Made by a program: the position numbers and the translations under genes
Shown: positions 38,110 to 48,164 of the stretch, piece by piece
Position numbering within the stretch: the stretch's first letter is position 1
How the letters are laid out: every line of letters starts with the position of its first letter
DNA from: Candidatus Mediterraneibacter merdigallinarum
Lineage (GTDB): Bacteria > Bacillota > Clostridia > Lachnospirales > Lachnospiraceae
Length of the DNA stretch: 64,000 nucleotides
Assembly: GCA_019117305.1 (NCBI GenBank)
Contig: DWZZ01000027.1
Coordinates: 6,529 to 70,528 of the forward strand
Direction of reading: 5' to 3'
Notes under the pieces: model-generated
Databases searched by the model: none
What the model was told of the DNA's origin: nothing
What the model saw: only the letters and a program-made list of their open reading frames with translations

Positions 38110-39492
38110 TTATTCTCGCACACTCTGCAGCTGCTTCATACATTTCTTCCTTACAAACCAGAAGCACACCGCCTGCATTGCAATTGTAATAATCCAGGAC
38201 CCCGGATATGAGATAAACAGGAAATGCAGGGATCTGTGCTGCGGAAAGAATCCGTAGATCCACACAATCCTCGTTCCTACCGTACCGATCACAGACAGAA
38301 TCATAGGCACCGCGGAATGTCCCATTCCCCGCAGAGCGCCCGGTATCAGATCCATAATGCCGCACAGGAAATACGGCACTGTAGTAATAGACAGTATTTC
38401 CAGACCGCACTGAATTACTTCTGTCTCTGTCGTATAGATCCGCAGGATCTGAGAACCGAATACATATGCTCCCACGCCCAGTACGACAGATACTCCCGCG
38501 GACAGCAGCATGCAGTCCAGAAGCACCCGGTCCATACGTTTCTGTTTTCCCACACTGTAATTCTGGCTGGTAAAGCTCATGCACGCCTGTGTCACTGCAT
38601 TTACGGCCGCATACAGAAATCCCAGGATATTATTTGCCGCCGTATAGCCTGCCATTGCCGTGGAACCGAAGGAGTTCACAGACGACTGCAGCAGTGCATT
38701 GGAGAAATTGATTACCGTGCTCTGAATCCCGGCCGGTATGCCCACCTGAAAAATCCGTTTCAGATAAACCCAGCGAATCATAAGTCTGGAGAACCGGAGC
38801 TGATAACTTCCTTCGGATTTATACAGGCAGCGCAGAACCAGAATACAGGATATCATCTGGGAAGCCACCGTACCGATGGCCACGCCTGCAACACCCAGAG
38901 GAATCACAATCACCAGCAGCAGATCCAGTACCACATTGGTCAGCCCTGCGGCAATAAGGAATACAAGGGGGCGTTTTGTATCGCCCACCGCTCTCAGGAT
39001 CGCCGCGCCGTAATTGTACAGCATGAAAAACGGCATTCCCATAAAATAAATTCTCATATAAACTGCAGACAGATCAATTACATCCGGCGGCGTAGCCATC
39101 AGAGCCAGAGCTGTTCTGGACATTCCCACTCCCACAAACGCCATGATAACGCCGCTGATCAGCGCCAGAGTAATGGCCGTATGTACTGCTTCTGACATCT
39201 CTTTGTCCCGGCCTGCCGCGAAATATCTTGCCGCCAGCACATTTGCCCCGAGAGAAATCCCGATAAACAGATTCGTAAATATATTGATCAGCGCCGTCGT
39301 CGATCCCACCGCCGCCAGCGCCTGACTGCTGCTGAACCTTCCCACAACAATGATATCCACCGCATTGAACATCAGCTGAAGGATACTGGAAAGCATCAGG
39401 GGCAGAGAAAAAGAAATCAGTTTATCCATGATTGATCCGTTGCACATGTCAATCTCATATTTACTTGTTTTCACAAAAACCCCTCCACTCAT
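38110..39492 (-). CDS. MATE-family efflux transporter
   Basis: Multi-TM; QLMFNAVDIIVVGRF, LRAVGDTKRPL, GVAGVAIGT. Confidence 0.93.
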   Translation of the reverse strand: MSGGVFVKTSKYEIDMCNGSIMDKLISFSLPLMLSSILQLMFNAVDIIVVGRFSSSQALAAVGSTTALINIFTNLFIGISLGANVLAARYFAAGRDKEMSEAVHTAITLALISGVIMAFVGVGMSRTALALMATPPDVIDLSAVYMRIYFMGMPFFMLYNYGAAILRAVGDTKRPLVFLIAAGLTNVVLDLLLVIVIPLGVAGVAIGTVASQMISCILVLRCLYKSEGSYQLRFSRLMIRWVYLKRIFQVGIPAGIQSTVINFSNALLQSSVNSFGSTAMAGYTAANNILGFLYAAVNAVTQACMSFTSQNYSVGKQKRMDRVLLDCMLLSAGVSVVLGVGAYVFGSQILRIYTTETEVIQCGLEILSITTVPYFLCGIMDLIPGALRGMGHSAVPMILSVIGTVGTRIVWIYGFFPQHRSLHFLFISYPGSWIITIAMQAVCFWFVRKKCMKQLQSVRE

Positions 39493-39520
39493 TTTCTATT
39501 CACTTTTCGCCCTGCCTATC

Positions 39521-40003
39521 TTACTGCTTTCTTTTCTCCGGGTCAATACCCAGTCCGATCAGACCTCCTTTTTCCTCATATCCGGTATCCCACAGGTCTT
39601 TCAGTCGAAATATGGATGCTTTTCCGTATGTGGCGACGGTAATCCACATGCCGTCTCTTCTCTCCTCATACCCGTAACACAGAAACCAGTGCCATACAAA
39701 GTCCTTATAATATGCCTTTTTATGCCGCAGCATAAGATAAGGCACAGGATAGCCGCTGTCGATCTGTCTCCTGATAAATGTCTCCGCACCGCGATAGTCC
39801 TCCGTTCCCGGAAATTCTTCCATCCTCAGAGAGTGCTCCCCCATATCGGACAGATAGCTGCCGAATCCTTCTGTAAACATCCAGAGCTTATTCACTCCGT
39901 TTACTCTTGGCCTGAGATAGGGTTTCATCTTCATGGAAAAATCAATATAATCCTGTTTTGTATCCTGATTTCCTGCTTTCAGAATTTGTCTGTCCCTTGT
40001 TTT
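39521..40003 (-). pseudogene. Probably 5'-truncated conserved hypothetical (peptidase C39-like fold?) gene
   Basis: ORF 39521-39934 (…PVPYLMLRH…VWHWFLCYGY…VATYG) is open upstream only to a TGA at 40004-40006; no clear RBS; no catalytic Cys-containing N-terminus. Confidence 0.45.
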
Positions 40004-40173
40004 TCAAAACGCCGCATTTCGCATTTCCATCACAACAAAATTTCCGATCAGTTCCAATCCTTAATTCCCGGTCCGGGCCAGCCACTATCGCCTAAAAACC
40101 ATGTACCACTGTCCCCGGATATATCATCCCTCTCCTGTCACAAACCTTTTCTAAGTGACTTTAATCTGACTGA

Positions 40174-40475
40174 TACGGTTAAACATCAATTCTTCTTGCT
40201 TTTAACCGTATTATCTCATCCATTTCTACGGTCAGAATCAAGCTCTGCCTGTTTTTAACCGTAGTATCATCTGCATTCATACGGTTGAAATTAAGTCTTA
40301 CTCATTTTTAACCGTAGGCCCGCCTGTATTCTTACGGTTCAATTCAAGCTCCTCTCCTTCTTAACCGTAGGCCCGTCTGTATTCTTACGGTTCAATTCAA
40401 GTTTCCTCCTTCTCAACCGTACTTTCTCCCCCATTCCTACGGTTCAAACCATCCCCCTCCCCGTTCTCAACCGTA
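40174..40475. repeat. Non-coding degenerate tandem array, ~53-bp period, 6 units, alternating TACGGTT / AACCGTA
   Basis: TACGGTY at 40174, 40227, 40280, 40333, 40386, 40438; AACCGTA at 40204, 40257, 40310, 40363, 40415, 40469. Confidence 0.9.
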
Positions 40476-40523
40476 CTCCCACCAAATTAATATCAAGTAG
40501 GAACCCAAACAGCTGAAAAGTAA

Positions 40524-40551
40524 AGAACAGCCGGGATGCCCCGGCTGTTCT
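40524..40551 (-). terminator. Intrinsic terminator of the sortase-anchored protein gene
   Basis: agaacagccggg-atgc-cccggctgttct, followed by ttactttt on the minus strand. Confidence 0.8.
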
Positions 40552-40572
40552 CTTCTTTTGTTTTACGCTGTA

Positions 40573-43500
40573 TTACAGCTGTTTTCTTCTCTTTTTCTCA
40601 AATATAACAACTGCTGCCGCTGATGCTGCCAGAACTGCTGCCCACAGCAGAATCGGGCTGTCGTCTCCTGTCTGTACTGCTTTCTGCTGATCATCATCCT
40701 GACTTCCGGAGCCGCCGGATGATCCTGATGTATTATTTCCGTTCTGGCCGTTCTGATCATCCTGTCCGCCCTGGTTATTCGAATCGTCTGTATTTCCGTC
40801 CTGGCTGCCATCTCCATCCGGATTCTCGCTGCCTCCCTGGCCGCCGTCTCCATCCGGATTTTCTGTATCTCCGTCCTGACCGCCGTTGCCGCCCGGGTTA
40901 TCATTTCCGCCCTGGTTTGCCAGATTTTCCTCCACTGCGGCGATTGCATCCTGAAGGTTGGTCACTGCCAGTGATACTTCTTCTTCGTCCGCTTCACTGT
41001 CGTCATATACGTTCTTAGCTTCTTCCAGCGCGATGTTGAATGTATCTGCCACTTCTTTGTCCACGCCGGTCAGATCCATTCCTTCTGCCGTCTGAATCAT
41101 CGCTTCCAGCAGTTCTTTGCTCGGTTTGAGACGCAGCTGGCTCATTGCCGTCAGAAGCTCATTCCATGCACTGTCCACTTCCTTCTGCATGGCGTCCGCA
41201 TCGTCCATAACTGCTTTTGCCGCGTCAAGCGCTGCGGTAAATTCTTCCTGGCCTTCGCTTAAGTATTTCTCCAGGTCAATTCCTTCTGCCACATCAATTA
41301 CCTTTTGCAGGTTGGTCTTGTCTCCCTGCTTAAAGGAGAGATACTGCATAATATCAATCAGGTTCATCCAGCTCTGGTCCACCATTTCCTGTGTCACTTC
41401 CGAATCACCTGCCTGTGCTCTCTCAAGAATACTCTGCGCTTCCGCCTTGATCTGATTAAACCGCTCGACAACGGAAGGTACTGTACCCTCTGTATCTGCT
41501 GCCTCCGCAAGTTCCAGGGTCTTCTCCAGCACCTGCGTATCAACGGTTACAGTCTTTTCACTGACATTGACCCAGATCGGATTTGCGTAGAAGCACATGC
41601 TACTGTAATTGTAATCATTGATTGTGTCAAATCTTGTCTTGTTATCTGTAATGCCGGAGTAGTCCGGATCCGGAAGAGGATCTCCGTTTTCGTCTACCTC
41701 AGTTACTGTTGTTCCACGGAGGCGGTAATAGCAGTTCTGGTCCGCGTCTGCCGTAAATGTCAGAGTGTAGTAACCATCATCGCCTTTTGCCTCTGCCAGT
41801 TCTTCTTTTGTAAATGTCTTTACAATCTTCGCGTCACTGCTGATCTCGCCGTACTGATCTTCGCTTACTTTTCCGGTCACGCTGCCCGCGATCAGATCCA
41901 CATGATCAAGCTCCGGTGTGTTGTCCGCGGAGATTCCGGTATCTGTTCCGTAAAGTGTCTCATAATTGTTCTTTTCCGGAACTTTAAATTTGACGGTTAC
42001 TGTAATTTTGTCGCCTTCTGTGGCATTGAGCTCGCCGCCCATTGTAGCACTGCTGTCTCCGGCCGCTGCCGTAAAGCTCAGATCGGAAATCAGATTTCCG
42101 TATGTAGAGTAGCTGTTTCCGGAACGAAGCCCGTCTACCACGTCGCTGTAGTCGTACACTCCGTCTTCACCCGGCTGTACATATACATTGTTTGAAGAGT
42201 ATTCACTTGCCCAGTATCCGCTGGAGTACTGCTCGTCCGCACTCACCTTAAAGTGGAAGTCAGAGTTTGCGAAGTTGTAGATCTTTCTGCCCTCTGACAG
42301 AAGAGAATCCCACACGCCTCCGGTTACGGCAATCATCTCATCCGCGCCGTTTCTGATATCTCCCGCCGGCAGTTCCGCACGTCCGCTTCCTGACATCTGG
42401 TTGCCGGGCATTCCTTCAAATCCGAATACAACATCCGGCGCCGCGTCATTGAGACGTCTCAGATTTTCGATAGTTACCTGGCCGCTGCCGCCGTTATGAC
42501 GGGACGGGTGGTTCGGCAGAAGGTAGCTGTCCGGATAGTTCTCCTGAAGCCATGCCGCCGCGTCATATGCAGTCTGCGGATCTCCGCTGCCGCCCTGACG
42601 TTCGCCCCATACACTCTGCTCGTCCATGTCATCTGCTTTATCGTCCAGAGTGAAAAGAGACTCCGGATCGTCGGATGTACTTGCATATTTCCACTCAAAT
42701 TCGTGTACTCCGTTAATGGATACATCTCCGTATTCATCCAGAATACCTACGGATGCGTGATCCAGTCCGGGCATATCCCACTCAAATCCGTTGGAAATGA
42801 TTTTGTCTGTATAAAGACCTTTTACTTTCAGTTTCTCAATCTCTCTCATCTGCGTCTGGAGAGCGACATAAAATGCAGTATTATACTGTCCGTTACCGTT
42901 TCCGTCCGTGCCGTTATAGGATGCGCGAAGGTGATCGGCAAGAGCCAGGAAATCAAATTCTCCGTCATCTGTAAGAGCGGATAACTTTGCCGCCGGATCC
43001 GCCTCGCCGATTACAGCTTCGTTACGGAAGGCTGCGCCCAGCACATTTTCAAGAGACATATAGGTCGAAGTAGCGTCTTTTGACTGTCCGGTATGGGTAT
43101 GATACTCACCCTTCATATATCTGCCGTCGTCATCTGCCGTATTGTCCGCGATCTCCATTCCAGGGAAACGGGAGTCAAAATCAAGGCTGATCTCTCCTTC
43201 ATTTCCGTCGCCGGTCATGAAGTTTACATCAAAGAAGCTCTTCTCATTCTCCGGAAGTGACGCCGCATACGGAGAATAGGTTGAGTAGTAAATCTTGTCC
43301 GCGCTTTCATCGAATTCCAGATAACGGAAAAATCCGTTTCCACCATTGTACGCGAACTGGTAATCCGTCAGAATGCTGACTACAGGCTTTCCGTTTGTAT
43401 TCTCCAGCATCTCCACGCCCGAACCGTGGCTGTGTCCGCCTACCATCATAAATACCTGATCATAGTCTTTTACAATATTCCAGAGTCTTGTTCCCTGTGA

Positions 43501-45063
43501 ACTGAGCGTAATGGAACTTGGCTCTGTCTCAGAACAGTTCTGAAGGTCGTGAGTTGTTACAATGGTCGGGCAGTCCGGATATTCTTCCAGAACGCTTCTG
43601 AGCCACGCTTCATCTCTCGAATCCCATGATGTATTATTATTCTGCCCGGAGCCGCTTCCTGTGCATGACAGAGAAATCACAAGGTAATTATAGCTGCCGC
43701 CCTGTACGAACATGTAAGAGCTGTTGCCGTCCCCGTTGGGTGAATTTGTCAGATACCAGGACGCTCTTCTTAAAAAGCTGGTACTCTTTCCGGAAAAGCT
43801 GTTGTAGTAGTTATGGGTTCCGCTCGACCATCCGTCATGATTTCCCATCTGTACAAGGAACTTGATACCGGCGTCCGGAAGCTGATAAAAGACATTCCGC
43901 GCGGTAACATACTGCGCGTCGTCATTGTTGTCGTCAACTACATCTCCCAGGTGGATTACGCCTTTGACATTCAGTTCATCCGCTGTATCAATCAGACCGT
44001 CAACTGCAGCGTCCATAACGTCTCCGCAGTATTCTACCGTATTCTGTGTATCCGGAATCAGAACGATATTATAATTGTCCTCATTTTTCAGAGTGTAGCT
44101 TTCATTGCTTCCGTACTCTCCCAGATACCGCTCCGGATTCTCCACAAGCCACTGGCTTTTATCCAGGCATCCTTCGGAGATTCTTACTTCCTGAAGATTG
44201 CCCTGAAGGAACTTGTCCAGCGTCTGTCCGCCTTCCTGCCACCAGCTGGATCCAATACGGAAACGGCCGTCTTCCGGATCTGCGTACAGACCTTTCATAT
44301 CATCGGAAACATAATCACGGAATGCCTCGCATCCGTTTACATATGTACTGATCTCATGTCCGTCGGAAGTAACGGCAATGTGATACCATACACCGCCTTT
44401 ATCCATTGTTACGGACCATGCCGCGTTGGACATCATGTGGCTGTCGTCCTTGTTTGCCGCAATAAACTGTATCTCTTTACAGTTTGAGACAGAGGTAAAC
44501 ATTGTTCCCTGCTGCCATTCGGATACAGAATCCGCTCTTCCCTGTCTGGCAATCAGACTCATCCAGGAGTCTGCTGTAGTCCAGTCTGTTGGAAAGTAGT
44601 AAATAAACTCCATCGTATATCCGTTTTCAAAAGTTTCTGAATTAATCGCCGCGTCGTCTACGGTGATAAAATCGGCTCCCGCGTTGCTGCTGTCGCCGTT
44701 AAATACCATACTGCCGTCTCCGGTCATACTGTCATCAGAAAATGACAGGTACTGTGTCCAGTCGGCTGCTGATGTATCTTCTGTAGGCTGTTTGCCGGTA
44801 TACAGCTGCATTCTCAGATCATTGTCATTCCCGCTCTGATCGGCAATGACAAGATTTCCGTCGGCAATAGTTCCGCTTTCCACCCCGCTTTCGCTGAATT
44901 TCCAGTCTGCTACTACCTCCGGCGCGCTTTCAGCCTGAGAAGTTTCTGTCTGATTTTCTTCGGCATGTACAAGGCCTGCCGGAACTGTGCCTGCCGCAAC
45001 TGCCGTGCAGATTCCTGCTGCGAGAAATCTTCTGGCCCATTCCCGCACACGTCTCTTTTTCAT
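40573..45063 (-). CDS. Sortase-anchored surface protein: LamG-like + calcineurin-like phosphoesterase + PHP domain + FIVAR
   Basis: Signal peptide; WYHIAVT; PDTQ/HLGDVVD/GNHD/GHSHG; GEYHTHT...ADH...NHPSR...NSDFH; G/D/N linker; VQTGD + TM + KRRK tail. Confidence 0.85.
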   Translation of the reverse strand: MKKRRVREWARRFLAAGICTAVAAGTVPAGLVHAEENQTETSQAESAPEVVADWKFSESGVESGTIADGNLVIADQSGNDNDLRMQLYTGKQPTEDTSAADWTQYLSFSDDSMTGDGSMVFNGDSSNAGADFITVDDAAINSETFENGYTMEFIYYFPTDWTTADSWMSLIARQGRADSVSEWQQGTMFTSVSNCKEIQFIAANKDDSHMMSNAAWSVTMDKGGVWYHIAVTSDGHEISTYVNGCEAFRDYVSDDMKGLYADPEDGRFRIGSSWWQEGGQTLDKFLQGNLQEVRISEGCLDKSQWLVENPERYLGEYGSNESYTLKNEDNYNIVLIPDTQNTVEYCGDVMDAAVDGLIDTADELNVKGVIHLGDVVDDNNDDAQYVTARNVFYQLPDAGIKFLVQMGNHDGWSSGTHNYYNSFSGKSTSFLRRASWYLTNSPNGDGNSSYMFVQGGSYNYLVISLSCTGSGSGQNNNTSWDSRDEAWLRSVLEEYPDCPTIVTTHDLQNCSETEPSSITLSSQGTRLWNIVKDYDQVFMMVGGHSHGSGVEMLENTNGKPVVSILTDYQFAYNGGNGFFRYLEFDESADKIYYSTYSPYAASLPENEKSFFDVNFMTGDGNEGEISLDFDSRFPGMEIADNTADDDGRYMKGEYHTHTGQSKDATSTYMSLENVLGAAFRNEAVIGEADPAAKLSALTDDGEFDFLALADHLRASYNGTDGNGNGQYNTAFYVALQTQMREIEKLKVKGLYTDKIISNGFEWDMPGLDHASVGILDEYGDVSINGVHEFEWKYASTSDDPESLFTLDDKADDMDEQSVWGERQGGSGDPQTAYDAAAWLQENYPDSYLLPNHPSRHNGGSGQVTIENLRRLNDAAPDVVFGFEGMPGNQMSGSGRAELPAGDIRNGADEMIAVTGGVWDSLLSEGRKIYNFANSDFHFKVSADEQYSSGYWASEYSSNNVYVQPGEDGVYDYSDVVDGLRSGNSYSTYGNLISDLSFTAAAGDSSATMGGELNATEGDKITVTVKFKVPEKNNYETLYGTDTGISADNTPELDHVDLIAGSVTGKVSEDQYGEISSDAKIVKTFTKEELAEAKGDDGYYTLTFTADADQNCYYRLRGTTVTEVDENGDPLPDPDYSGITDNKTRFDTINDYNYSSMCFYANPIWVNVSEKTVTVDTQVLEKTLELAEAADTEGTVPSVVERFNQIKAEAQSILERAQAGDSEVTQEMVDQSWMNLIDIMQYLSFKQGDKTNLQKVIDVAEGIDLEKYLSEGQEEFTAALDAAKAVMDDADAMQKEVDSAWNELLTAMSQLRLKPSKELLEAMIQTAEGMDLTGVDKEVADTFNIALEEAKNVYDDSEADEEEVSLAVTNLQDAIAAVEENLANQGGNDNPGGNGGQDGDTENPDGDGGQGGSENPDGDGSQDGNTDDSNNQGGQDDQNGQNGNNTSGSSGGSGSQDDDQQKAVQTGDDSPILLWAAVLAASAAAVVIFEKKRRKQL

Positions 45064-45305
45064 CCTTTCTCCTCCTTCATCCAGTTCATATTTCTAATTG
45101 TGCCGGAGTAATTTTAGCATACCGGTTCCGATGGAAATATCATCATTATGTAAAATCTTTGATACAGTTCTGTAAAGTAAAAAGGGACTTTCCTGCATCA
45201 TACAGCAAAGTCCCTTTCTGAAAATGTCTTTGTTTTTCTTCTGGTTTCCAGGTCAGACGGAAGATTCTGACTCCCGGTTCCCGGACATGTCTTTCTGCGC
45301 TCTTC

Positions 45306-46328
45306 TCACTGCCGCAGCTGTGCAACCGCATCCCCAAGCCGTCCCAGATCCGCCTCATCCGGATGAGACAGGGCGTTATCAAAATTCCGGATCATGCCCT
45401 TCACCCTCTCATCTTCCGGATTCTGCTCCAGCATGGCTTCGTAGCGTTTCCGCACGCTGAAAGGCATCTTGCCCTGACACATGTAGCGTCCGGCCACCGT
45501 GCTGTCAGCAGGAAGGAAAGCCGCCGCCCGGTCCAGGATCCGGTCAAAATATTCCTGAGCCCCGCCGAATCCGGCCGTTCCGAAAAGGAATACCGTCCTG
45601 CCGCTCAGAGTTCCCAGAAACTGCTCCATCTCAGCGCTGCAGCTCCCCTTGTCCGTCCAGAATCCCGCGTATATTATTTCCGCGCCGTCCAGACGGCCGG
45701 ATATGTCTTCTGAAGGCGCTCCGAAGTATACACAGTTCTCCTCACCTTTTGCCTTTCGGATTTCTTCCGCCAGAAGAGCCGTATTTCCTGTAGCGCTTGC
45801 AAAGACTACCGCATATTTTCCGCTGCTCTTCCGGTTCTTTCCGCGCTCCTCCTCCAGATCAAGGGGCGTCCCGTCCAGAGCCGCATATTTCAGAACATCC
45901 TCTGTGTCATAAACAAGCTTAAGTGAAAAGAATTCCCTCCCTTCATCCAGCAAGCGGAAGAAGATCTTGTCTCCCTCCCAGAGTTCCAGATCATACAGCC
46001 GGTCCTTCTCCACCCATTCCAGGTCTCCTTCATCACAGGCAATGGGCTCCCCTTCAAACCCGTCTGCCGTGTACAGGGACATGTATTCCACCGTATCCTC
46101 TCCGTACACAAAGGTTACAATTCCCCTGTATTTCCAGCTTGTCAGCGTATATCCCGTCTCTTCCTTCACTTCCCGCAGAAGACATTCCTCCGGACTTTCC
46201 CCGTGTTCAAAATGTCCTCCCACGCCGATCCATTTATCCTTATTTACATCATTCTCCTTCACTGTGCGGTGAAGCATCAGATATTTTCCGTCTTTTTCGA
46301 TATAACAGAGTGTGCTTTCTTTTGTCAT
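45306..46328 (-). CDS. NUDIX (MutT-like) hydrolase fused to flavodoxin (BilS-like)
   Basis: Nudix box GGHFEHGESPEECLLREVKEETG; C-half SATGNT, GFWTDKG, LFGTAGFGG, CQGKM, SHPDEAD. Confidence 0.85.
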   Translation of the reverse strand: MTKESTLCYIEKDGKYLMLHRTVKENDVNKDKWIGVGGHFEHGESPEECLLREVKEETGYTLTSWKYRGIVTFVYGEDTVEYMSLYTADGFEGEPIACDEGDLEWVEKDRLYDLELWEGDKIFFRLLDEGREFFSLKLVYDTEDVLKYAALDGTPLDLEEERGKNRKSSGKYAVVFASATGNTALLAEEIRKAKGEENCVYFGAPSEDISGRLDGAEIIYAGFWTDKGSCSAEMEQFLGTLSGRTVFLFGTAGFGGAQEYFDRILDRAAAFLPADSTVAGRYMCQGKMPFSVRKRYEAMLEQNPEDERVKGMIRNFDNALSHPDEADLGRLGDAVAQLRQ

Positions 46329-46373
46329 TGTATCCGTTCCTTCTTTCTTATGTCTGAAACTTTGCGCTTCCTC

Positions 46374-48164
46374 TTATGACGCCTCGCTTGTTTCCGCGAA
46401 CTGACTCATATAGAGTTTCTTATAAAATCCGCCCTGTCTGAGCAGTTCTTCGTGTTTCCCCTGCTCGATGATCTTTCCGTCCTTCATAACAAGAATCCGG
46501 TCTGCCTCCCGGATGGTGGACAGCCTGTGGGCCACAATGAACGTGGTCCTTCCCTCCATAAGCCGTGCAAATGCATTCTGGATCTTAAGTTCTGTCCTGG
46601 TATCTATAGAGGACGTAGCTTCATCCAGAATCAGCATCGGCGGCCTGCACAGCATAACCCGGGCAATGCACAGAAGCTGTTTCTGTCCCTGGGAAATGCC
46701 GCCTCCCTCTTCGGTGATCCAGGTATCATAGCCCTCCGGCAGACGCATGATAAAACTGTGAATATAGGAAGCCTTCGCGGCCTCGATAATCTCATCCATC
46801 CCCGCGTTCGGCCGTCCCATGGCAATATTGTCCCGGATCGTACCGGTCTTCAGCCAGGTATCCTGCAGCACCATGCCGTAGGCCGCCCGGAGGCTGTGCC
46901 GGGTCATCTGATCCACCGCCGCGCCGTCTACTTCGATCTTTCCCTTATCCACATCATAGAAACGCATCAGCAGATTGATCAGCGTGGTCTTGCCGCAGCC
47001 GGTGGGACCTACGATGGCAATCCTCTGTCCCGGCTTTACATCCAGATTGAAATGCTCAATCAGCTTCCGCCCCGGCAGATAGGAGAAAGACACGTCCTTT
47101 GCCGACACATATCCTTTTACATCCTTCAGCTCCACTGCATTCTCCGGCTCCGGCGTCTGGGGTTCCTCCTCGATCAGCTCAAAGATCCGGGCAGCGCAGG
47201 CAATGGCGTTCTGAAGCTCCGTCACCACTCCCGAGATCTCGTTAAAAGGTTTGGTATACTGGTTGGCGTAGCTTAGAAAACTGGACAGCTGCCCCACAGT
47301 AAGAGCCTGATGGATAACACCGAAAGCTCCCGCGATACCGACTCCCGTATAAACCAGACTGTTTACAAATCTCGTGGACGGATTTGTAATTGAAGAGAAA
47401 AATGTAGCCCGCAGAGAACTGCTTCTGAGCCGCTCGTTTATCTCGTCAAACCGCTCTGTTACGTCTTTTCCTTTTCCGAACATCCGGACGATCTTCTGAT
47501 TTTCCACCATTTCTTCAATCAGCTCCGTCTGTTCTCCCCGGATCTCAGACTGGAGCCGGAACATATCAAAGGTCTTTTTTGCAATAAATCCTGCCACAAG
47601 GAAGGAAACCGGCGTAATGAGAACTACCACAAAAGTAATGCCCACATTTACCGACAGCATAAATCCGAAAGTTCCCACAATGGTAGCCACCCCGGTAAAA
47701 AACTGAGTAAATCCCATCAGAAGCCCGTCCGCGAACTGATCCACGTCCGCGATCACGCGGCTGACCACATCTCCCGCCGGATGCCCGTCAATGTATTTCA
47801 GCGGCAGAATCTCAATCCTGCGGAAGGCCTCGTTCCGGATATCCCGCACAACCTGATAGGTCATTTTATTGTTGCACACATTCATAAGCCACTGGGCAAG
47901 GGCTGTGATCAGCGTACACACGCCGATCTGAATCATTACCCGGAACACCGCCGGAAAATCCACCTGTCCCTCTGACACAATATAGTCCACCGCCTGTCCG
48001 GTCAGTTTCGGAATATAAAGAGTCAGCGCCACACTCAGAGCCGCCAGCAGAATGGAAAAGATAAGGAAAATCCGGTACTTTCCAAGATACTGCAGCACTT
48101 TTTTTATTGTTTTTATCTGATTTGCTTTCTTAATCTGTTTGTTCTTTTTCTTCTTATCAGCCAT
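46374..48164 (-). CDS. Heterodimeric ABC exporter subunit B
   Basis: GPTGCGKTT, ISQGQKQ, LILDEATSSID; start MADKK (48164). Confidence 0.92.
   Translation of the reverse strand: MADKKKKNKQIKKANQIKTIKKVLQYLGKYRIFLIFSILLAALSVALTLYIPKLTGQAVDYIVSEGQVDFPAVFRVMIQIGVCTLITALAQWLMNVCNNKMTYQVVRDIRNEAFRRIEILPLKYIDGHPAGDVVSRVIADVDQFADGLLMGFTQFFTGVATIVGTFGFMLSVNVGITFVVVLITPVSFLVAGFIAKKTFDMFRLQSEIRGEQTELIEEMVENQKIVRMFGKGKDVTERFDEINERLRSSSLRATFFSSITNPSTRFVNSLVYTGVGIAGAFGVIHQALTVGQLSSFLSYANQYTKPFNEISGVVTELQNAIACAARIFELIEEEPQTPEPENAVELKDVKGYVSAKDVSFSYLPGRKLIEHFNLDVKPGQRIAIVGPTGCGKTTLINLLMRFYDVDKGKIEVDGAAVDQMTRHSLRAAYGMVLQDTWLKTGTIRDNIAMGRPNAGMDEIIEAAKASYIHSFIMRLPEGYDTWITEEGGGISQGQKQLLCIARVMLCRPPMLILDEATSSIDTRTELKIQNAFARLMEGRTTFIVAHRLSTIREADRILVMKDGKIIEQGKHEELLRQGGFYKKLYMSQFAETSEAS

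Noticed and set aside
40174-40475. CRISPR array
   Set aside because: Conserved parts are only 7-9 bp and alternate in orientation, spacers resemble each other, the period is short, and there are no cas genes in the window
40690-40915. Repetitive DNA in the surface protein gene
   Set aside because: Ordinary Gly/Asp/Asn/Gln-rich cell-wall-spanning linker before the sortase motif
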